Source of the DNA: an uncultured Actinomycetota bacterium
GTDB taxonomy: Bacteria > Actinomycetota > Geothermincolia > Geothermincolales > RBG-13-55-18
Assembly (NCBI GenBank): GCA_964510515.1
Contig: CAZEAU010000001.1
Span: 100,503 to 164,502, forward strand
Length of the DNA: 64,000 nt
Direction: 5' to 3'
A program made the position numbers and the translations under genes. How positions within the stretch are numbered: the first letter of the stretch is position 1; every line of letters starts with the position of its first letter. The notes below the pieces were generated by a model that was not told where the DNA came from, did not search any database, and saw nothing but the letters and a program-made list of their open reading frames with translations. Positions 1 to 9,791 of the stretch are shown here, one piece after another.

Positions 1-12
1 AAGGATGACCTG

Positions 13-696
13 GTGGAGAGGACCTGGAACGTAAACGAGGGGCTGAGGAGGTTTTCCAGCGCGGTCTTCCACCCCCTGGGCTGGGTGTTGGGACGCGCCA
101 TGTCCCCCAACCTCATCACCACCCTCTCCATCTTCGCGGCGGCGGGGGCCGCGTACTGCTTCGCGCTCGGGCGCTTCGTCCTCGGGCCCTGGATACTCCT
201 GCTGGCGGGCCTGCTCGACATCTGGGACGGCCAGGTGGCCAAGATGACCGGCCGCGTGACCACCTACGGGTCCTTCCTCGATTCCACCGCCGACCGCGTC
301 GCCGACTTTCTCTTCTCCCTGGGGACGCTCTACTGGTTCGCCTCCCAGGAGATATACGACGTGGCCTTCATGGTCGCCGGTTACATGGTGCTCTCCTCGC
401 TCATCAGCTACGTGAAGGCGCGGGCCGAGGGGCTGGGCGTGGCCTGCGACGTGGGCCTGCTGGCGCGGCCGCTGCGTCTGCTCATCTTCGCGCTGCCGCT
501 CTTCGTTTACGGCCTCACCGAGAACGTGTGGGTGTTCCGGGGCCCCCTCTATCTCCTGCTCGTGCTGGGGGTGGAGACCCTGACCCATCGCATGATCGTC
601 ATCTACAGGGGCGCCGCGGAGGTGGACGCCTCCGCGGCGCAAAAAGCCCTCGCGGCCACGGCGGAAGCGGACGCCCCGGCCGCCGGCGAGGCTTGA
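13..696 (+). CDS. pgsA: CDP-alcohol phosphatidyltransferase (phosphatidylinositol-phosphate synthase PgsA1-like); GTG start at 13, true 5' end may lie at or just beyond the window edge
   Basis: Translation carries the CDP-OH phosphotransferase signature (DIWDGQVAKMTGR...SFLDSTADRVAD) and multiple predicted TM helices; followed by htrB-like and pimA-like genes as in the mycobacterial PI/PIM operon. Confidence 0.8.
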   Translation: MERTWNVNEGLRRFSSAVFHPLGWVLGRAMSPNLITTLSIFAAAGAAYCFALGRFVLGPWILLLAGLLDIWDGQVAKMTGRVTTYGSFLDSTADRVADFLFSLGTLYWFASQEIYDVAFMVAGYMVLSSLISYVKARAEGLGVACDVGLLARPLRLLIFALPLFVYGLTENVWVFRGPLYLLLVLGVETLTHRMIVIYRGAAEVDASAAQKALAATAEADAPAAGEA

Positions 697-708
697 GCGA
701 GGCCGCAC

Positions 709-1614
709 ATGCCCGAGCGAGAGCGCTTCCGCGACGATGTCCCTGGATATCTCAAGTACTTTTTCTTCCGCGCTTCCTGCGGGCTGGTGGGAGCGCTGCC
801 CGTGCGCTTGACCCACGGCATCGGGGTGGGCATCGCGGAGGTCGCCTACCGCCTTTCCCGGCGCAAGCGCGAGGCGGTTTACGGGAACATGCGCCGCGTG
901 CGCCCCGAGGGGGGAGCGCGGGAGTGGCGGCGCCTCTCCCGCCGCAGCTTCCATAACTATGCCCGCTACTGGGTGGACTTCCTGCGCTGCTACCATCTCA
1001 CGGGGGAGGAGATAATCGAGGACCTGGTGGTGCCGCACGGCACGGAGTGGTTCGACCGCTCGCTGGAGAAAGGGCGCGGCGTAGTGCTGGCCCTTCCCCA
1101 TTACGGCAGCTGGGACATGATCGGGGGATGGGTGGGTCACAGCTACCCCTCCTTCTGGGCGGTGGCCGAGGTGCTCAAGCCCCTGCCCATGTACGAGTTC
1201 CACACCGAGCTGCGCCGGCGCATGGGCATCCGCATCATCCCGCTGGCGGAGAACACGGTGGAGAAGGTCATCGAGGTGCTGCTGGCCAACGGCATGGTCT
1301 GCCTGCTCTCCGACCGTCTCATCGCCGGCAGCGGGGTCGAGGTGGAGTTCTTCGGCGAGAAGGTGCTCATGCCCGTCGGTCCCGCCCTGCTGGGGGTGAA
1401 GCTGGGCACCGCGGTCATCCCCTGCCTGACCATCAAGAAGCACGGCCGCTACCACGGTTACGTCGGCCCGCCGCTGGACATCGAGGTCAGCGGCGATACC
1501 CGACGCGACGTGCAGGTCAACACCCAGAAGATGGCCAGGGTGTTCGAGGACTTCATCCGCGAGGACCCCACGCAATGGCACATGTTTCAGCCCATCTTCG
1601 ATGAGCAGGGCTGA
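709..1614 (+). CDS. HtrB/LpxL-family lysophospholipid acyltransferase (PIM acyltransferase-like)
   Basis: 301-aa ORF 13 nt after pgsA; LpxL/HtrB-like acyltransferase sequence; conserved position between pgsA and pimA. Confidence 0.75.
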   Translation: MPERERFRDDVPGYLKYFFFRASCGLVGALPVRLTHGIGVGIAEVAYRLSRRKREAVYGNMRRVRPEGGAREWRRLSRRSFHNYARYWVDFLRCYHLTGEEIIEDLVVPHGTEWFDRSLEKGRGVVLALPHYGSWDMIGGWVGHSYPSFWAVAEVLKPLPMYEFHTELRRRMGIRIIPLAENTVEKVIEVLLANGMVCLLSDRLIAGSGVEVEFFGEKVLMPVGPALLGVKLGTAVIPCLTIKKHGRYHGYVGPPLDIEVSGDTRRDVQVNTQKMARVFEDFIREDPTQWHMFQPIFDEQG

Positions 1615-1634
1615 ACGTGGTGTAGAATTGCGGC

Positions 1635-2726
1635 ATGAACATAGGCATGGTGTCGCCATATTCCTGGGACGTCCCCGGGGGGGTCAACCGCCACGTCGAG
1701 CAGCTGTCCAGCCACCTGCGCCGGCGCGGGCACGAGGTCGCGGTGCTCGCGCCCGGCGGGCGCAGCGGCGAGGGGTTCTTCTCCGTGGGGCGCTCCTTCG
1801 CTGTCTCCGCCAATCAGTCCACGGCCAACATCTCCTTCTTCCCCGGGACCGCCCGCAGGATCAGGCGCCTGTTGCGGGATACGCCCTTCGACGTGCTGCA
1901 CCTGCACGAGCCGCTCATCCCCAGCGCCTCCCTGCTGGCCCTCCTCTTCTCCCCCTGCGCCACCCTGGCCACCTTTCACGCCGCGAGGGAGAAGGGGGCC
2001 TTGGGCTATCGCCTGGCCAGGCCGCTGCTCGCCCCCCCGGCGAGGAGGATAGACGTGCGGGCGGTGGTCAGCCCCGCCGCCCGGGAGCTGGTGTCGCGCT
2101 ATTTCCCCGGCGACTATCGCATCCTGCCCAACGGCGTGGACACGGGCATCTTCTCCCCCCACGGCCCGCGCCTGGAGGGCCTGGAGGAGGGGGCCTTTCA
2201 CCTCGTATTCGTGGGCAGGGCGGAGCCGCGTAAGGGCCTGGAGGTGCTGCTGCGGGCGCTTCCCCTGGTGCGGGAGCGGCATGCGGAGGTGCGCCTGCTG
2301 GTGGCGGGGGCGGAAGAGCCGCAGCGCGGATGGGAGGGCGTGACCTGGCTGGGCAGGCTGCCGGACGGCCTCATCCCCGCCGCCTACCGTTCCGCGCAGG
2401 TGATGGTGTCGCCCGCCCTGGGCATGGAGAGCTTCGGCATCGTGCTCGTCGAGGCCATGTCCTGCGGGGTGCCGGTGGTGGCCTCGGACATCCCCGGATA
2501 TCGCGCGGTGCTGGAGGGGGGCGCGGCGGGGATGCTCTTCCCCCCCGGCGACCATGCGGCCCTGGCCCGCTTGCTGTTGCGCCTGGTGGAGGACGCCGCG
2601 GAGCGGGAGAGGATGGCCGCCGCCGCGCGGGAGAGGGCGCAGGGGTTTGCCTGGGAGAACCTGGTGGGAGAGGTGGAGGCCGCTTACGCTGAGGCCGTGG
2701 AGATATACGGGAGGAAGAGGAGATGA
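1635..2726 (+). CDS. pimA: GT4 glycosyltransferase, phosphatidylinositol mannosyltransferase PimA-like
   Basis: N-terminus MNIGMVSPYSWDVPGGVNRHVEQL closely matches the PimA N-terminus (MRIGMVCPYSFDVPGGVQSHV); GT4 C-terminal EX7E-type region; operon context. Confidence 0.85.
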   Translation: MNIGMVSPYSWDVPGGVNRHVEQLSSHLRRRGHEVAVLAPGGRSGEGFFSVGRSFAVSANQSTANISFFPGTARRIRRLLRDTPFDVLHLHEPLIPSASLLALLFSPCATLATFHAAREKGALGYRLARPLLAPPARRIDVRAVVSPAARELVSRYFPGDYRILPNGVDTGIFSPHGPRLEGLEEGAFHLVFVGRAEPRKGLEVLLRALPLVRERHAEVRLLVAGAEEPQRGWEGVTWLGRLPDGLIPAAYRSAQVMVSPALGMESFGIVLVEAMSCGVPVVASDIPGYRAVLEGGAAGMLFPPGDHAALARLLLRLVEDAAERERMAAAARERAQGFAWENLVGEVEAAYAEAVEIYGRKRR

Positions 2727-3685
2727 GGTTGGAGGAGGTCATCGGGCTCTGCCGCGAGCTCTGCGGCGAGGTGCGCGACATGGTACGGCCTCACCTGGGA
2801 GAGAGGTCGTCGCGGGAGATGCGGGGCCGGGGCGCCAGCGGCGATTCCACCTTCGCCATCGACGAGGTGGCGGAGGAGAGGGTGGAGAGCAGGCTGGCGG
2901 AGGTCCCCGGGGTAGCTTATTTCTCCGAGGACCGTGGCCTGGTGGGCGCGGAGGGCGCGGAATGGGTATTGGTGGTGGACCCCATAGACGGCACGCGCCC
3001 GGCCGCGGCGGGGTTGGAGGCCTGCTGCGTGTCCATAGCGGCAGCGCCTTATCACCCCGTGCGCAACCCCTCCCCCACCCACGCAGACGTGGTCTACGGC
3101 CTCCTGCGCGAGATCAAGAACGAAGCGTGGTTCGAGGCGGAGCGAGGCAAGGGGGCCCTCATGGCCGTGGGCGGGGCGGAGAAAGACATCATCATCCGCC
3201 CCCACGAGGATATCTCCACCCTCTTCTGGACCCTGGGCTTCCGGGGCCGGCCGGCTCTGCCCACCATCCTGGTGCTGGACGAGCTTATCGACCTCTCCAG
3301 CGTGGACGGGGGCGTCTTCGACCTGGGCAGCGCGACCTTCTGCATATCCCGCCTGCTCACCGGGCAGCTGGACGCCTACGTGGATGTGGGGGACCGCATG
3401 ATGCGCGAGGCCCCCCCGGTGGAGGAGATGTTTTTGCGCGCCGGCCACGGTCATGTCCTCAACAACTCCTCCTACGACCTCGCCGCCGCGGGCCTCATCG
3501 CCGCCGAGGCGGGCCTGGCGGTGAGCGACGCTTTCGGCAACCCTCTCGACGGCTATCCCCTGCTGGCCCCGGGCCGCGACGGCCAGCTCTCCTGCGTGGC
3601 GGCGGTGAGCGAGGACCTGCTGCGCGCCCTGGTCGCGCACATAGACGCGGGCATGGAGCGCATGCGCCGCCATTACGGATGGTGA
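2723..3685 (+). CDS. inositol monophosphatase family phosphatase
   Basis: IMPase signature WVLVVDPIDGTRPAAAG plus an upstream metal-binding Glu/Asp region; overlaps pimA stop by 4 nt (translationally coupled). Confidence 0.75.
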   Translation: MRLEEVIGLCRELCGEVRDMVRPHLGERSSREMRGRGASGDSTFAIDEVAEERVESRLAEVPGVAYFSEDRGLVGAEGAEWVLVVDPIDGTRPAAAGLEACCVSIAAAPYHPVRNPSPTHADVVYGLLREIKNEAWFEAERGKGALMAVGGAEKDIIIRPHEDISTLFWTLGFRGRPALPTILVLDELIDLSSVDGGVFDLGSATFCISRLLTGQLDAYVDVGDRMMREAPPVEEMFLRAGHGHVLNNSSYDLAAAGLIAAEAGLAVSDAFGNPLDGYPLLAPGRDGQLSCVAAVSEDLLRALVAHIDAGMERMRRHYGW

Positions 3686-3688
3686 GGC

Positions 3689-4324
3689 ATGAGCCTGGCG
3701 AGCATCTTCTTCATCTCCATGGGCGTGGGGCTGTCCGGCGCGGTCATGCCGGGACCCCTGCTCACGGCGACCATCAACGAGTCCTACCGCCGGGGCTTCA
3801 TCGCCGCGCCGCTGCTGGTGGCGGGCCATGCCGTGCTGGAGGGGGCCCTCATCGTGCTGCTCATGCTGGGGCTGGACCGGGTGGTGGGAAACGACATCTT
3901 CTTCGGCGTCGTGGGGGTGGCGGGAGGGGCCTTCCTCTTCTGGACGGGCCTGGGCATGGCCCTGGAGGTGCGGGACGGCGGGCTCTACGTCGATCTCGAG
4001 CGGCAGGGCAGGACCCGCACCGGCCCCTTCGTGGCCGGGCTGACCGCCTCCGTCTCCAGCCCCTACTGGTTCCTGTGGTGGGCGACCTTCGGGCTGAGCT
4101 GGCTGCTGCGCTCCGTGGAACGCGGGGCGGCGGGTGTGCTGGCCTTCGTGAGCGGGCATATCGCCTCCGACCTGCTGTGGTATTTTCTGGTGGCATTCCT
4201 GGTGGTCACGGGCAAGAGGTTCATCTCCGTCCGCGCCTACAATTGCGTCATCCTGGCCTGCGGGGCTTTCCTGCTCATCCTGGGTGCCCGCTTCGTCGGC
4301 GACGGCCTCTTCCACCTTCTGTGA
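3689..4324 (+). CDS. LysE/RhtB-family amino-acid efflux translocator
   Basis: 211-aa polytopic membrane protein with a LysE-type N-terminus (GPLLTATINESYRRGFIAAPLLVAGHAVLE). Confidence 0.7.
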   Translation: MSLASIFFISMGVGLSGAVMPGPLLTATINESYRRGFIAAPLLVAGHAVLEGALIVLLMLGLDRVVGNDIFFGVVGVAGGAFLFWTGLGMALEVRDGGLYVDLERQGRTRTGPFVAGLTASVSSPYWFLWWATFGLSWLLRSVERGAAGVLAFVSGHIASDLLWYFLVAFLVVTGKRFISVRAYNCVILACGAFLLILGARFVGDGLFHLL

Positions 4325-4638
4325 AGGGACGGTCGGCTTCCCTCTCCCCTCTCCTTCTGCTGCGCTCGGGCTCCATGGCGGGGGAGGCGTAAGGGGGATT
4401 GCACCCGGGCAATCGCGGTCGCGCGAGGCGCATCGCCGGGCATCGGCCTGCGCGCCGCGGAGGGACCCCGCCCATGCCGGGCGGGCGGCTGCCGCACGGG
4501 CCTGAAGGTGGTCAGGGCGCAGGCGGCGATTATCGCGTATAGTTAGGTGGAAGCGTCAGCTTCGGGATACGGAGAAAAGGCTTAACCGCCCGCCGGGCCC
4601 GCGCCGGTGAGGAGGGAAGAGAAAAGGAGGTCACGGCG

Positions 4639-5202
4639 GTGGTATTGGTAGCGATAATCATCGCGGCGATAGTGCTCCTCGCCATCGTGGGGATCATCGC
4701 CATCTACAACAGGCTGATCCGCAACCGCAACCGCGTGGACAACGCCTGGCATCAGATCGACGTGCAGCTGAAGAGGAGGTACGACCTCATCCCCAACCTG
4801 GTGGAGACGGTCAAGGGCTACGCTACGCATGAGAAAGAGGTCTTCGAGAAGGTCACCCAGGCGCGCAACATGGGCCTCGGCGCCCAGACGCCCGGGCAGG
4901 CCGCGCAGGCGGACAACATGATCACCGGGGCCCTCAAGAGCCTCTTCGCGGTGGCCGAGGCCTATCCCGACCTCAAGGCCAACCAGAACTTCCTCATGCT
5001 GCAGGAGGAGCTCTCCGGCACGGAGTCCAAGATCGCCTTCGCGCGGCAGTTCTACAACGACAGCGTGATGTCCTACGACAACTCGCGCCAGAGGTTCCCG
5101 GCCAATATCATCGCCGGCACCTTCTCCGGTAGTTTCGCCGCCCGCGAGTACTTCGAGGTGGAGGCGGCGGCGGAGCGCGAGGCCCCCAAGGTGCAGTTCT
5201 AA
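4639..5202 (+). CDS. lemA: LemA family membrane protein
   Basis: GTG start after RBS AAAAGGAGG; single N-terminal TM then conserved LemA core ([42 protein letters not shown]). Confidence 0.9.
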   Translation: MVLVAIIIAAIVLLAIVGIIAIYNRLIRNRNRVDNAWHQIDVQLKRRYDLIPNLVETVKGYATHEKEVFEKVTQARNMGLGAQTPGQAAQADNMITGALKSLFAVAEAYPDLKANQNFLMLQEELSGTESKIAFARQFYNDSVMSYDNSRQRFPANIIAGTFSGSFAAREYFEVEAAAEREAPKVQF

Positions 5203-5304
5203 GCGCGAGGCGGGAGGGCGGAACGGGAAAGGCGCGGGCGGCCGCGTGGCGGGAGAGGGGTGTGCTGCGGCGTGACCTTCTACGATCAGATAGAGAAGAA
5301 CAAG

Positions 5305-6258
5305 ATGAAGTCGGCGCTGCTGGTGAGCGTGTTCATCGCGCTCATACTCGCGCTCGGATTCTTCGTGGGCTATATCTGGGGCACCGGGTACGCCATCGTG
5401 GGCCTGCTCATCGCTTCCGTGCTGGCCGTGGTCATGACCTTCACCAGCTACTACGGCAGCGACAGGATCGCCCTGGCCACGGCGGGCGCGAGGGAGGCCA
5501 CGCGCGAGGAGTTCCCCTATTACGTGAACACCGTGGAGGGGCTGGCCATCGCCGCCGGCATCCCGGTGCCGCGCGCCTATATCGTGGATACCCCGGCCAT
5601 GAACGCCTTCGCCACCGGGAGGGACCCCGAGCACGCGGCCATCGCCGTGACCAGGGGGCTGCTGGAGAGGTGCAATCGCCTGGAGCTGGAGGGGGTGCTG
5701 GCCCACGAGATGTCCCATATCGGGAATTACGACATACGCTACATGAGCATGGTGGTGGTACTGGTGGGGCTGCTGGTCATCTTCGCCAACGTGGTCACGC
5801 GCCTGGTCTTCTTCGGAGGCATGTTCGGGGACCGCGACCGCGGCCGCCGTGGGGGCGGAGAGGGAGGGGGCGTATTGCAGATCATCCTCCTCGCGGTGGG
5901 GCTGGTCTTCCTCATTCTCTCGCCCATCATCGGGCAGCTTCTGCAGCTCTCCATCTCGCGCAAGCGCGAGTTCCTGGCCGACGCCACCGGGGCCAAGCTC
6001 ACCCGCTATCCCGAGGGGCTGGCCTCCGCCCTGGAGAAGCTCAGCGACGAGGCCCGGCCTTTCGAGGCCACCAGCCAGGCCACGGCGCACCTGTGGATAG
6101 TCCAGCCCTTCAAGAAGGAGGCGCAGGCGAGCCGGGCCAGGAAGTCCAGCCTGTGGTCCACCCATCCCCCCATCGAGGAGCGCGTAAGGCGCCTGCGCGC
6201 CATGTCCAGCCTGGAGGGTATGTACAATCAGGCCATGATGGAGGCCAGGCGGGCCTGA
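5305..6258 (+). CDS. htpX: M48-family zinc metalloprotease HtpX
   Basis: HEMSH zinc motif (LAHEMSHIGNYD), 4 TM segments, classical lemA-htpX pairing; in-frame upstream start at 5260 also possible. Confidence 0.85.
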   Translation: MKSALLVSVFIALILALGFFVGYIWGTGYAIVGLLIASVLAVVMTFTSYYGSDRIALATAGAREATREEFPYYVNTVEGLAIAAGIPVPRAYIVDTPAMNAFATGRDPEHAAIAVTRGLLERCNRLELEGVLAHEMSHIGNYDIRYMSMVVVLVGLLVIFANVVTRLVFFGGMFGDRDRGRRGGGEGGGVLQIILLAVGLVFLILSPIIGQLLQLSISRKREFLADATGAKLTRYPEGLASALEKLSDEARPFEATSQATAHLWIVQPFKKEAQASRARKSSLWSTHPPIEERVRRLRAMSSLEGMYNQAMMEARRA

Positions 6259-6517
6259 GCCCGCCCGCGCGACCAGCCCCCGACGCGCTGCCGCTCGCGG
6301 GGCCCCGCCCATGCCGACCCGGCAGCCGACATGCTCGTCGCGGCGCGGGCATATCGCCCTTCCGAAGCCCGGTGCGCAGGGCCCTGCGGGTCAATAGAGG
6401 GGGGCGGCGCCCGTGCCCAGCCCGTATTGCCGCAGGCGCGCCTCGCGCGCCGTTCCCTTTCCCGCACGGACAGGCCCTCGCCTCCCGGACAGGTGGCCGC
6501 GCAGGCGCCGGGTTTCG

Positions 6518-6546
6518 TTGATGGGGGTCAGGCTATGAGCTATAGT
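6518..6546 (+). promoter_or_regulatory. candidate sigma70-type promoter for pdxS (TTGATG-17 nt-TATAGT), followed by a 5'UTR hairpin (about 6553-6579)
   Basis: Hexamers with 17-nt spacer about 60 nt upstream of the pdxS ATG in an otherwise GC-rich gap; GGGAAACCCC...GGGGGCTTTCCC inverted repeat just downstream. Confidence 0.3.
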
Positions 6547-6604
6547 AAAGCCGGGAAACCCCGTCGGGGGGCTTTCCCATACGGCGGGTCTGGAGGACCA
6601 TAAA

Positions 6605-7489
6605 ATGGAAGAAAAAGGGGCTTTGCGGGAGAAGGCCGCCCGGGCGGACAGCCTCAAGGGCGGCGTGATCATGGATGTCACCAGCGCCGAGCAGGCGCGC
6701 ATCGCCGAGGAGGCCGGAGCGGTGGCGGTGATGGCGCTGGAGCGGGTCCCCGCGGACATCCGCGCGGATGGGGGGGTGGCCCGGATGGCCGACGCCAGGG
6801 TCATCGAGGCCATCATGGCCGCGGTGAGCATCCCGGTGATGGCCAAGGCGCGCATCGGGCACTTCGTAGAGGCACAGATATTGCAGGCGCTGGGGGTCGA
6901 TTACGTGGACGAGAGCGAGGTGCTGACCCCCGCCGACGAAAGTTTCCACATAGAAAAGTGGCGCTTTTCCGTCCCCTTCGTCTGCGGCGCCATCAACCTC
7001 GGCGAGGCGCTGCGCCGCATCGGGGAGGGGGCGGCCATGATCCGCACCAAGGGAGAGGCGGGGACCGGCAACGTGGTCGAGGCGGTAAGGCATATGCGCA
7101 CCATCAACAGGGAGATACGGCGCCTGACCGCGGTCCCCCGCGAGGAACTGATGGCGGTGGCCAAGGAAATGGGGGCCCCCTACCACCTGGTATGCGCGGT
7201 GGCGGAGAGCGGCCGCCTGCCGGTCACCAATTTCTCCGCGGGAGGCATTGCCACCCCCGCGGATGCCGCCCTGATGATGCAGCTGGGCGCGGAAGGCGTC
7301 TTCGTGGGTTCCGGCATCTTCAAATCGGAGGACCCCGAGGCGCGGGCCCGGGCCATCGTCAGCGCCACCGCCCGTTTCGCCGACCCCGAGGCGTTGGCGG
7401 AGGTCTCGCGCGGTATCGGGCAGGCCATGGCGGGCCAGGAGATAGCCGCTATCGGGCACGAGAACCTCATACAGTTCCGCGGCTGGTGA
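6605..7489 (+). CDS. pdxS: pyridoxal 5'-phosphate synthase lyase subunit PdxS
   Basis: Near-full-length match to PdxS/SNZ ([34 protein letters not shown]...[33 protein letters not shown]); RBS GGAGGA upstream. Confidence 0.95.
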   Translation: MEEKGALREKAARADSLKGGVIMDVTSAEQARIAEEAGAVAVMALERVPADIRADGGVARMADARVIEAIMAAVSIPVMAKARIGHFVEAQILQALGVDYVDESEVLTPADESFHIEKWRFSVPFVCGAINLGEALRRIGEGAAMIRTKGEAGTGNVVEAVRHMRTINREIRRLTAVPREELMAVAKEMGAPYHLVCAVAESGRLPVTNFSAGGIATPADAALMMQLGAEGVFVGSGIFKSEDPEARARAIVSATARFADPEALAEVSRGIGQAMAGQEIAAIGHENLIQFRGW

Positions 7490-7766
7490 CGCCGCGCGGC
7501 GATGCGCGGGGAAGGCGGAGGCCACGGCCGTCCGCGCTGGCCTTAGGGGTGTGGAGCTCGGGGGGCGGCCATGGAGGATGCCCGGCCGAGCTCCGCTCTT
7601 GCCGGGGGGGCGCGCCCGCCCAGAGGCGAGGAGGGAAACGGACCGCGACGCCCGCCGGTGCCCGCGCTTTTCCCAGGACGCTCCGTCAGGGGGCGGTGCG
7701 CGGTTGTACGACGGAAGCGGCCGGAAAAGTCCGTGAGGGCCGCGGCAGCCGAGGCAGGAGGAGAGG

Positions 7767-8522
7767 ATGGCCGGACATTCGAAGTGGCATTCCATCAAGC
7801 ACAAAAAGGGAGCCGCGGACGCCAAGCGCGGGCAGATGTTCAGCAAGCTCTCGCGGGCCATCATCGTGGCCGCGAAGGAGGGCGGGGGCAACCCCGAGAT
7901 GAACATCGCGCTGGCCAACGCCATCGAGAAGGCCAAGAGCTATTCCATGCCCAAGGACAATATCGAGCGGGCCGTCAAGCGCGGCAGCGGGGAGGGCTCC
8001 GGAGAGGCTTTCGAGAAGATTATCTACGAGGGATATGCGCCCGGCGGGGTGGCGGTCATGGTGGATGTCATGACCGACAACCGCAACCGCGCCGCCGCGG
8101 ATATCAGGCGCATCTTCTCCCGCACCGGCGGCAGCTTGGGGACCTCCGGGTCGGTGGCGTGGATGTTCGAGAAAAAGGGCAGCATCATCGTCAACCGGGA
8201 GACGGGAGCGGGCGAGGATGCCCTGCTGGAGACGGCGCTGGAGGCGGGCGCCGAGGACATGACCGCGGAGGAGGGCCACTGGGAGGTGGTCACCGACGCG
8301 GAGTCCTTCCGCGGCGTGGTGGAGGCCCTCAAGGGCGCGGGCTTCGAGCTGGCCTCGGCGGAGGTCACCATGCTGCCGCAGAACACCGTGCAGCTGGACA
8401 TGGGCACGGCCAAAAAAGTGCTGCGCCTGCTGGACGCGCTGGAGGACAACGAGGACGTGCAGGAGGTTTACGCCAATTTCGATATCCCCGACGACGTGAT
8501 GCAGGAGATATCCGAGGAGTGA
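7767..8522 (+). CDS. yebC: YebC/PmpR-family transcriptional regulator
   Basis: N-terminus MAGHSKWHSIKHKKGAADAKRGQMFSKLSRAI is the YebC hallmark; precedes ruvCAB as usual. Confidence 0.95.
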   Translation: MAGHSKWHSIKHKKGAADAKRGQMFSKLSRAIIVAAKEGGGNPEMNIALANAIEKAKSYSMPKDNIERAVKRGSGEGSGEAFEKIIYEGYAPGGVAVMVDVMTDNRNRAAADIRRIFSRTGGSLGTSGSVAWMFEKKGSIIVNRETGAGEDALLETALEAGAEDMTAEEGHWEVVTDAESFRGVVEALKGAGFELASAEVTMLPQNTVQLDMGTAKKVLRLLDALEDNEDVQEVYANFDIPDDVMQEISEE

Positions 8523-8538
8523 GGCGCGCTTCAGAGAG

Positions 8539-9087
8539 ATGATCATCATGGGGATAGATCCCGGGCTCGCTTCCAGCGGCTACGGGGTGGTGGAGAAGCA
8601 AAAGGGGCGGCTGCGCCCCCTCGGCTTCGGGGGGATCGATACCTCCCCCCGGGAGCCCTTGTCGGCACGCCTTGATAAGATATACAGCGAGGTCAGGGAG
8701 CTCATAGCGGGCTATCAACCGGATCTCGTGGTGTTGGAGGAGCTTTTCTTCAACAAGAACGCGCGCAGCGCCATGGTCGTGGGACAGGCCAGGGGGGGGA
8801 TCATACTGGCCGCGGCGCATGCGGGGGTAGGCGTGGAGGAATACACGCCCCTGCAGGTCAAACAGACCCTGGTGGGGTATGGGCGCGCCGACAAGAGGCA
8901 GGTAGAGTACATGGTCCGCACCCTGCTGCACATCGATGAGGAGATAGGGTCGACGCATGCCAGCGACGCCTTGGCCCTGGCGATATGCCATGCCCACAGC
9001 GAGAGGATGCGCGGGCGGCTCGACGAGGCCATGGCCGAGAAGGGCGCGGTGAAGAAGCCGCCGCACAAGAAGAGGCAGGTGCGCTAG
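8539..9087 (+). CDS. ruvC: crossover junction endodeoxyribonuclease RuvC
   Basis: MGIDPGLASSGYGVV...LEELFFNKNARSAMVVGQARG...ASDALALAICHA catalytic-residue pattern. Confidence 0.93.
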   Translation: MIIMGIDPGLASSGYGVVEKQKGRLRPLGFGGIDTSPREPLSARLDKIYSEVRELIAGYQPDLVVLEELFFNKNARSAMVVGQARGGIILAAAHAGVGVEEYTPLQVKQTLVGYGRADKRQVEYMVRTLLHIDEEIGSTHASDALALAICHAHSERMRGRLDEAMAEKGAVKKPPHKKRQVR

Positions 9088-9120
9088 CGAGCCTCCCCGC
9101 CGCGACCCCGCGGCGGCGGG

Positions 9121-9789
9121 ATGCCGGGAGCGCCGGCCGCGCGCCTGGAAGGAGGCATTTGTGTCGCTTATGGGAGGCGGGTTACGGTCGCCGTGATAGA
9201 TAACGTCGAAGGCGTGCTGGTGGAGAAGCGCGAGGACAGCGCGGTGGTCGGGGTCGGAGGCCTGGGGCTGGCCCTTTTTATCTCCCACCCTACGCTGCAG
9301 GGACTTCCCTCGGTGGGGGGAAAGGTCAGGCTCCTCAGCTACCTCCACGTCAAGGAGGACTCCCTGCAGCTCTACGGGTTCTCGAGCAGCGGGGAGAGGG
9401 ACATCTTCCTCAAGCTCATTGCGGTGACCGGTATCGGCCCCAAGGTGGCCATGGCGGTGCTCTCCGCCTACGCTCCGGATGCCTTCGTGCGCATCGTGGC
9501 CTCGGAGGACCTGGAGGCCATGACCGCGGTCCCGGGGGTGGGCAAAAAGAGCGGCCAGAGGATCATTCTCGAGCTCAAGGACAAGCTCGCCCCCCTGGCG
9601 GGGGAGCTGGGCACGGCGGCGGCAGGCGTTCTTGGCGGCGGCCTCCTGCGCGAGGCGCGCGAGGCCCTCAAGGGCCTGGGATACAGCGCGGCGGAGTCGG
9701 GCCGCGCGCTGGAGGGATATGCGGCGGAGGAACCGAGCCTGGAGGACATGTTGAAGCATGCCCTGCGGAGGCTGGGAGGTAGCGGGTAA
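9121..9789 (+). CDS. ruvA: Holliday junction branch-migration protein RuvA (exact start uncertain; strong RBS at about 9149-9158 suggests a start about 12 codons downstream of 9121)
   Basis: OB-fold N-domain, two HhH motifs ([35 protein letters not shown]) and C-terminal RuvB-binding domain; between ruvC and ruvB. Confidence 0.88.
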   Translation: MPGAPAARLEGGICVAYGRRVTVAVIDNVEGVLVEKREDSAVVGVGGLGLALFISHPTLQGLPSVGGKVRLLSYLHVKEDSLQLYGFSSSGERDIFLKLIAVTGIGPKVAMAVLSAYAPDAFVRIVASEDLEAMTAVPGVGKKSGQRIILELKDKLAPLAGELGTAAAGVLGGGLLREAREALKGLGYSAAESGRALEGYAAEEPSLEDMLKHALRRLGGSG

Positions 9790-9791
9790 AG

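Noticed and set aside
1587-2555. 322-aa minus-strand ORF (and similar long minus ORFs at 2684-4315, 4582-6312, 6533-7936, 8365-9759, 9468-10808, 10736-12436, 12408-13670, 13983-15563, 15596-17020, 17774-20452, 21187-22224, 23288-25078, 26244-27740, 28275-30668, 30917-32164, 33040-34155, 34210-35535, 36117-37619, 38294-39541, 41950-44769, 45223-46686, 47231-48598, 48740-50482, 54819-56888, 57181-58275)
   Set aside because: Each overlaps antisense a + strand gene with a clear conserved-family translation. The minus translations are Arg/Pro/Gly/Ala-rich low-complexity strings typical of stop-poor frames in high-GC DNA and carry no recognisable motifs.
2554-4392. 612-aa + strand ORF overlapping the IMPase and LysE genes
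   Set aside because: Alternative-frame artefact (R/G/P-rich) overlapping two genes with real family signatures.
5262-6521. 419-aa + strand ORF in a second frame over htpX
   Set aside because: Low-complexity R/G-rich translation; htpX in the other frame has the HEMSH motif and TM helices.
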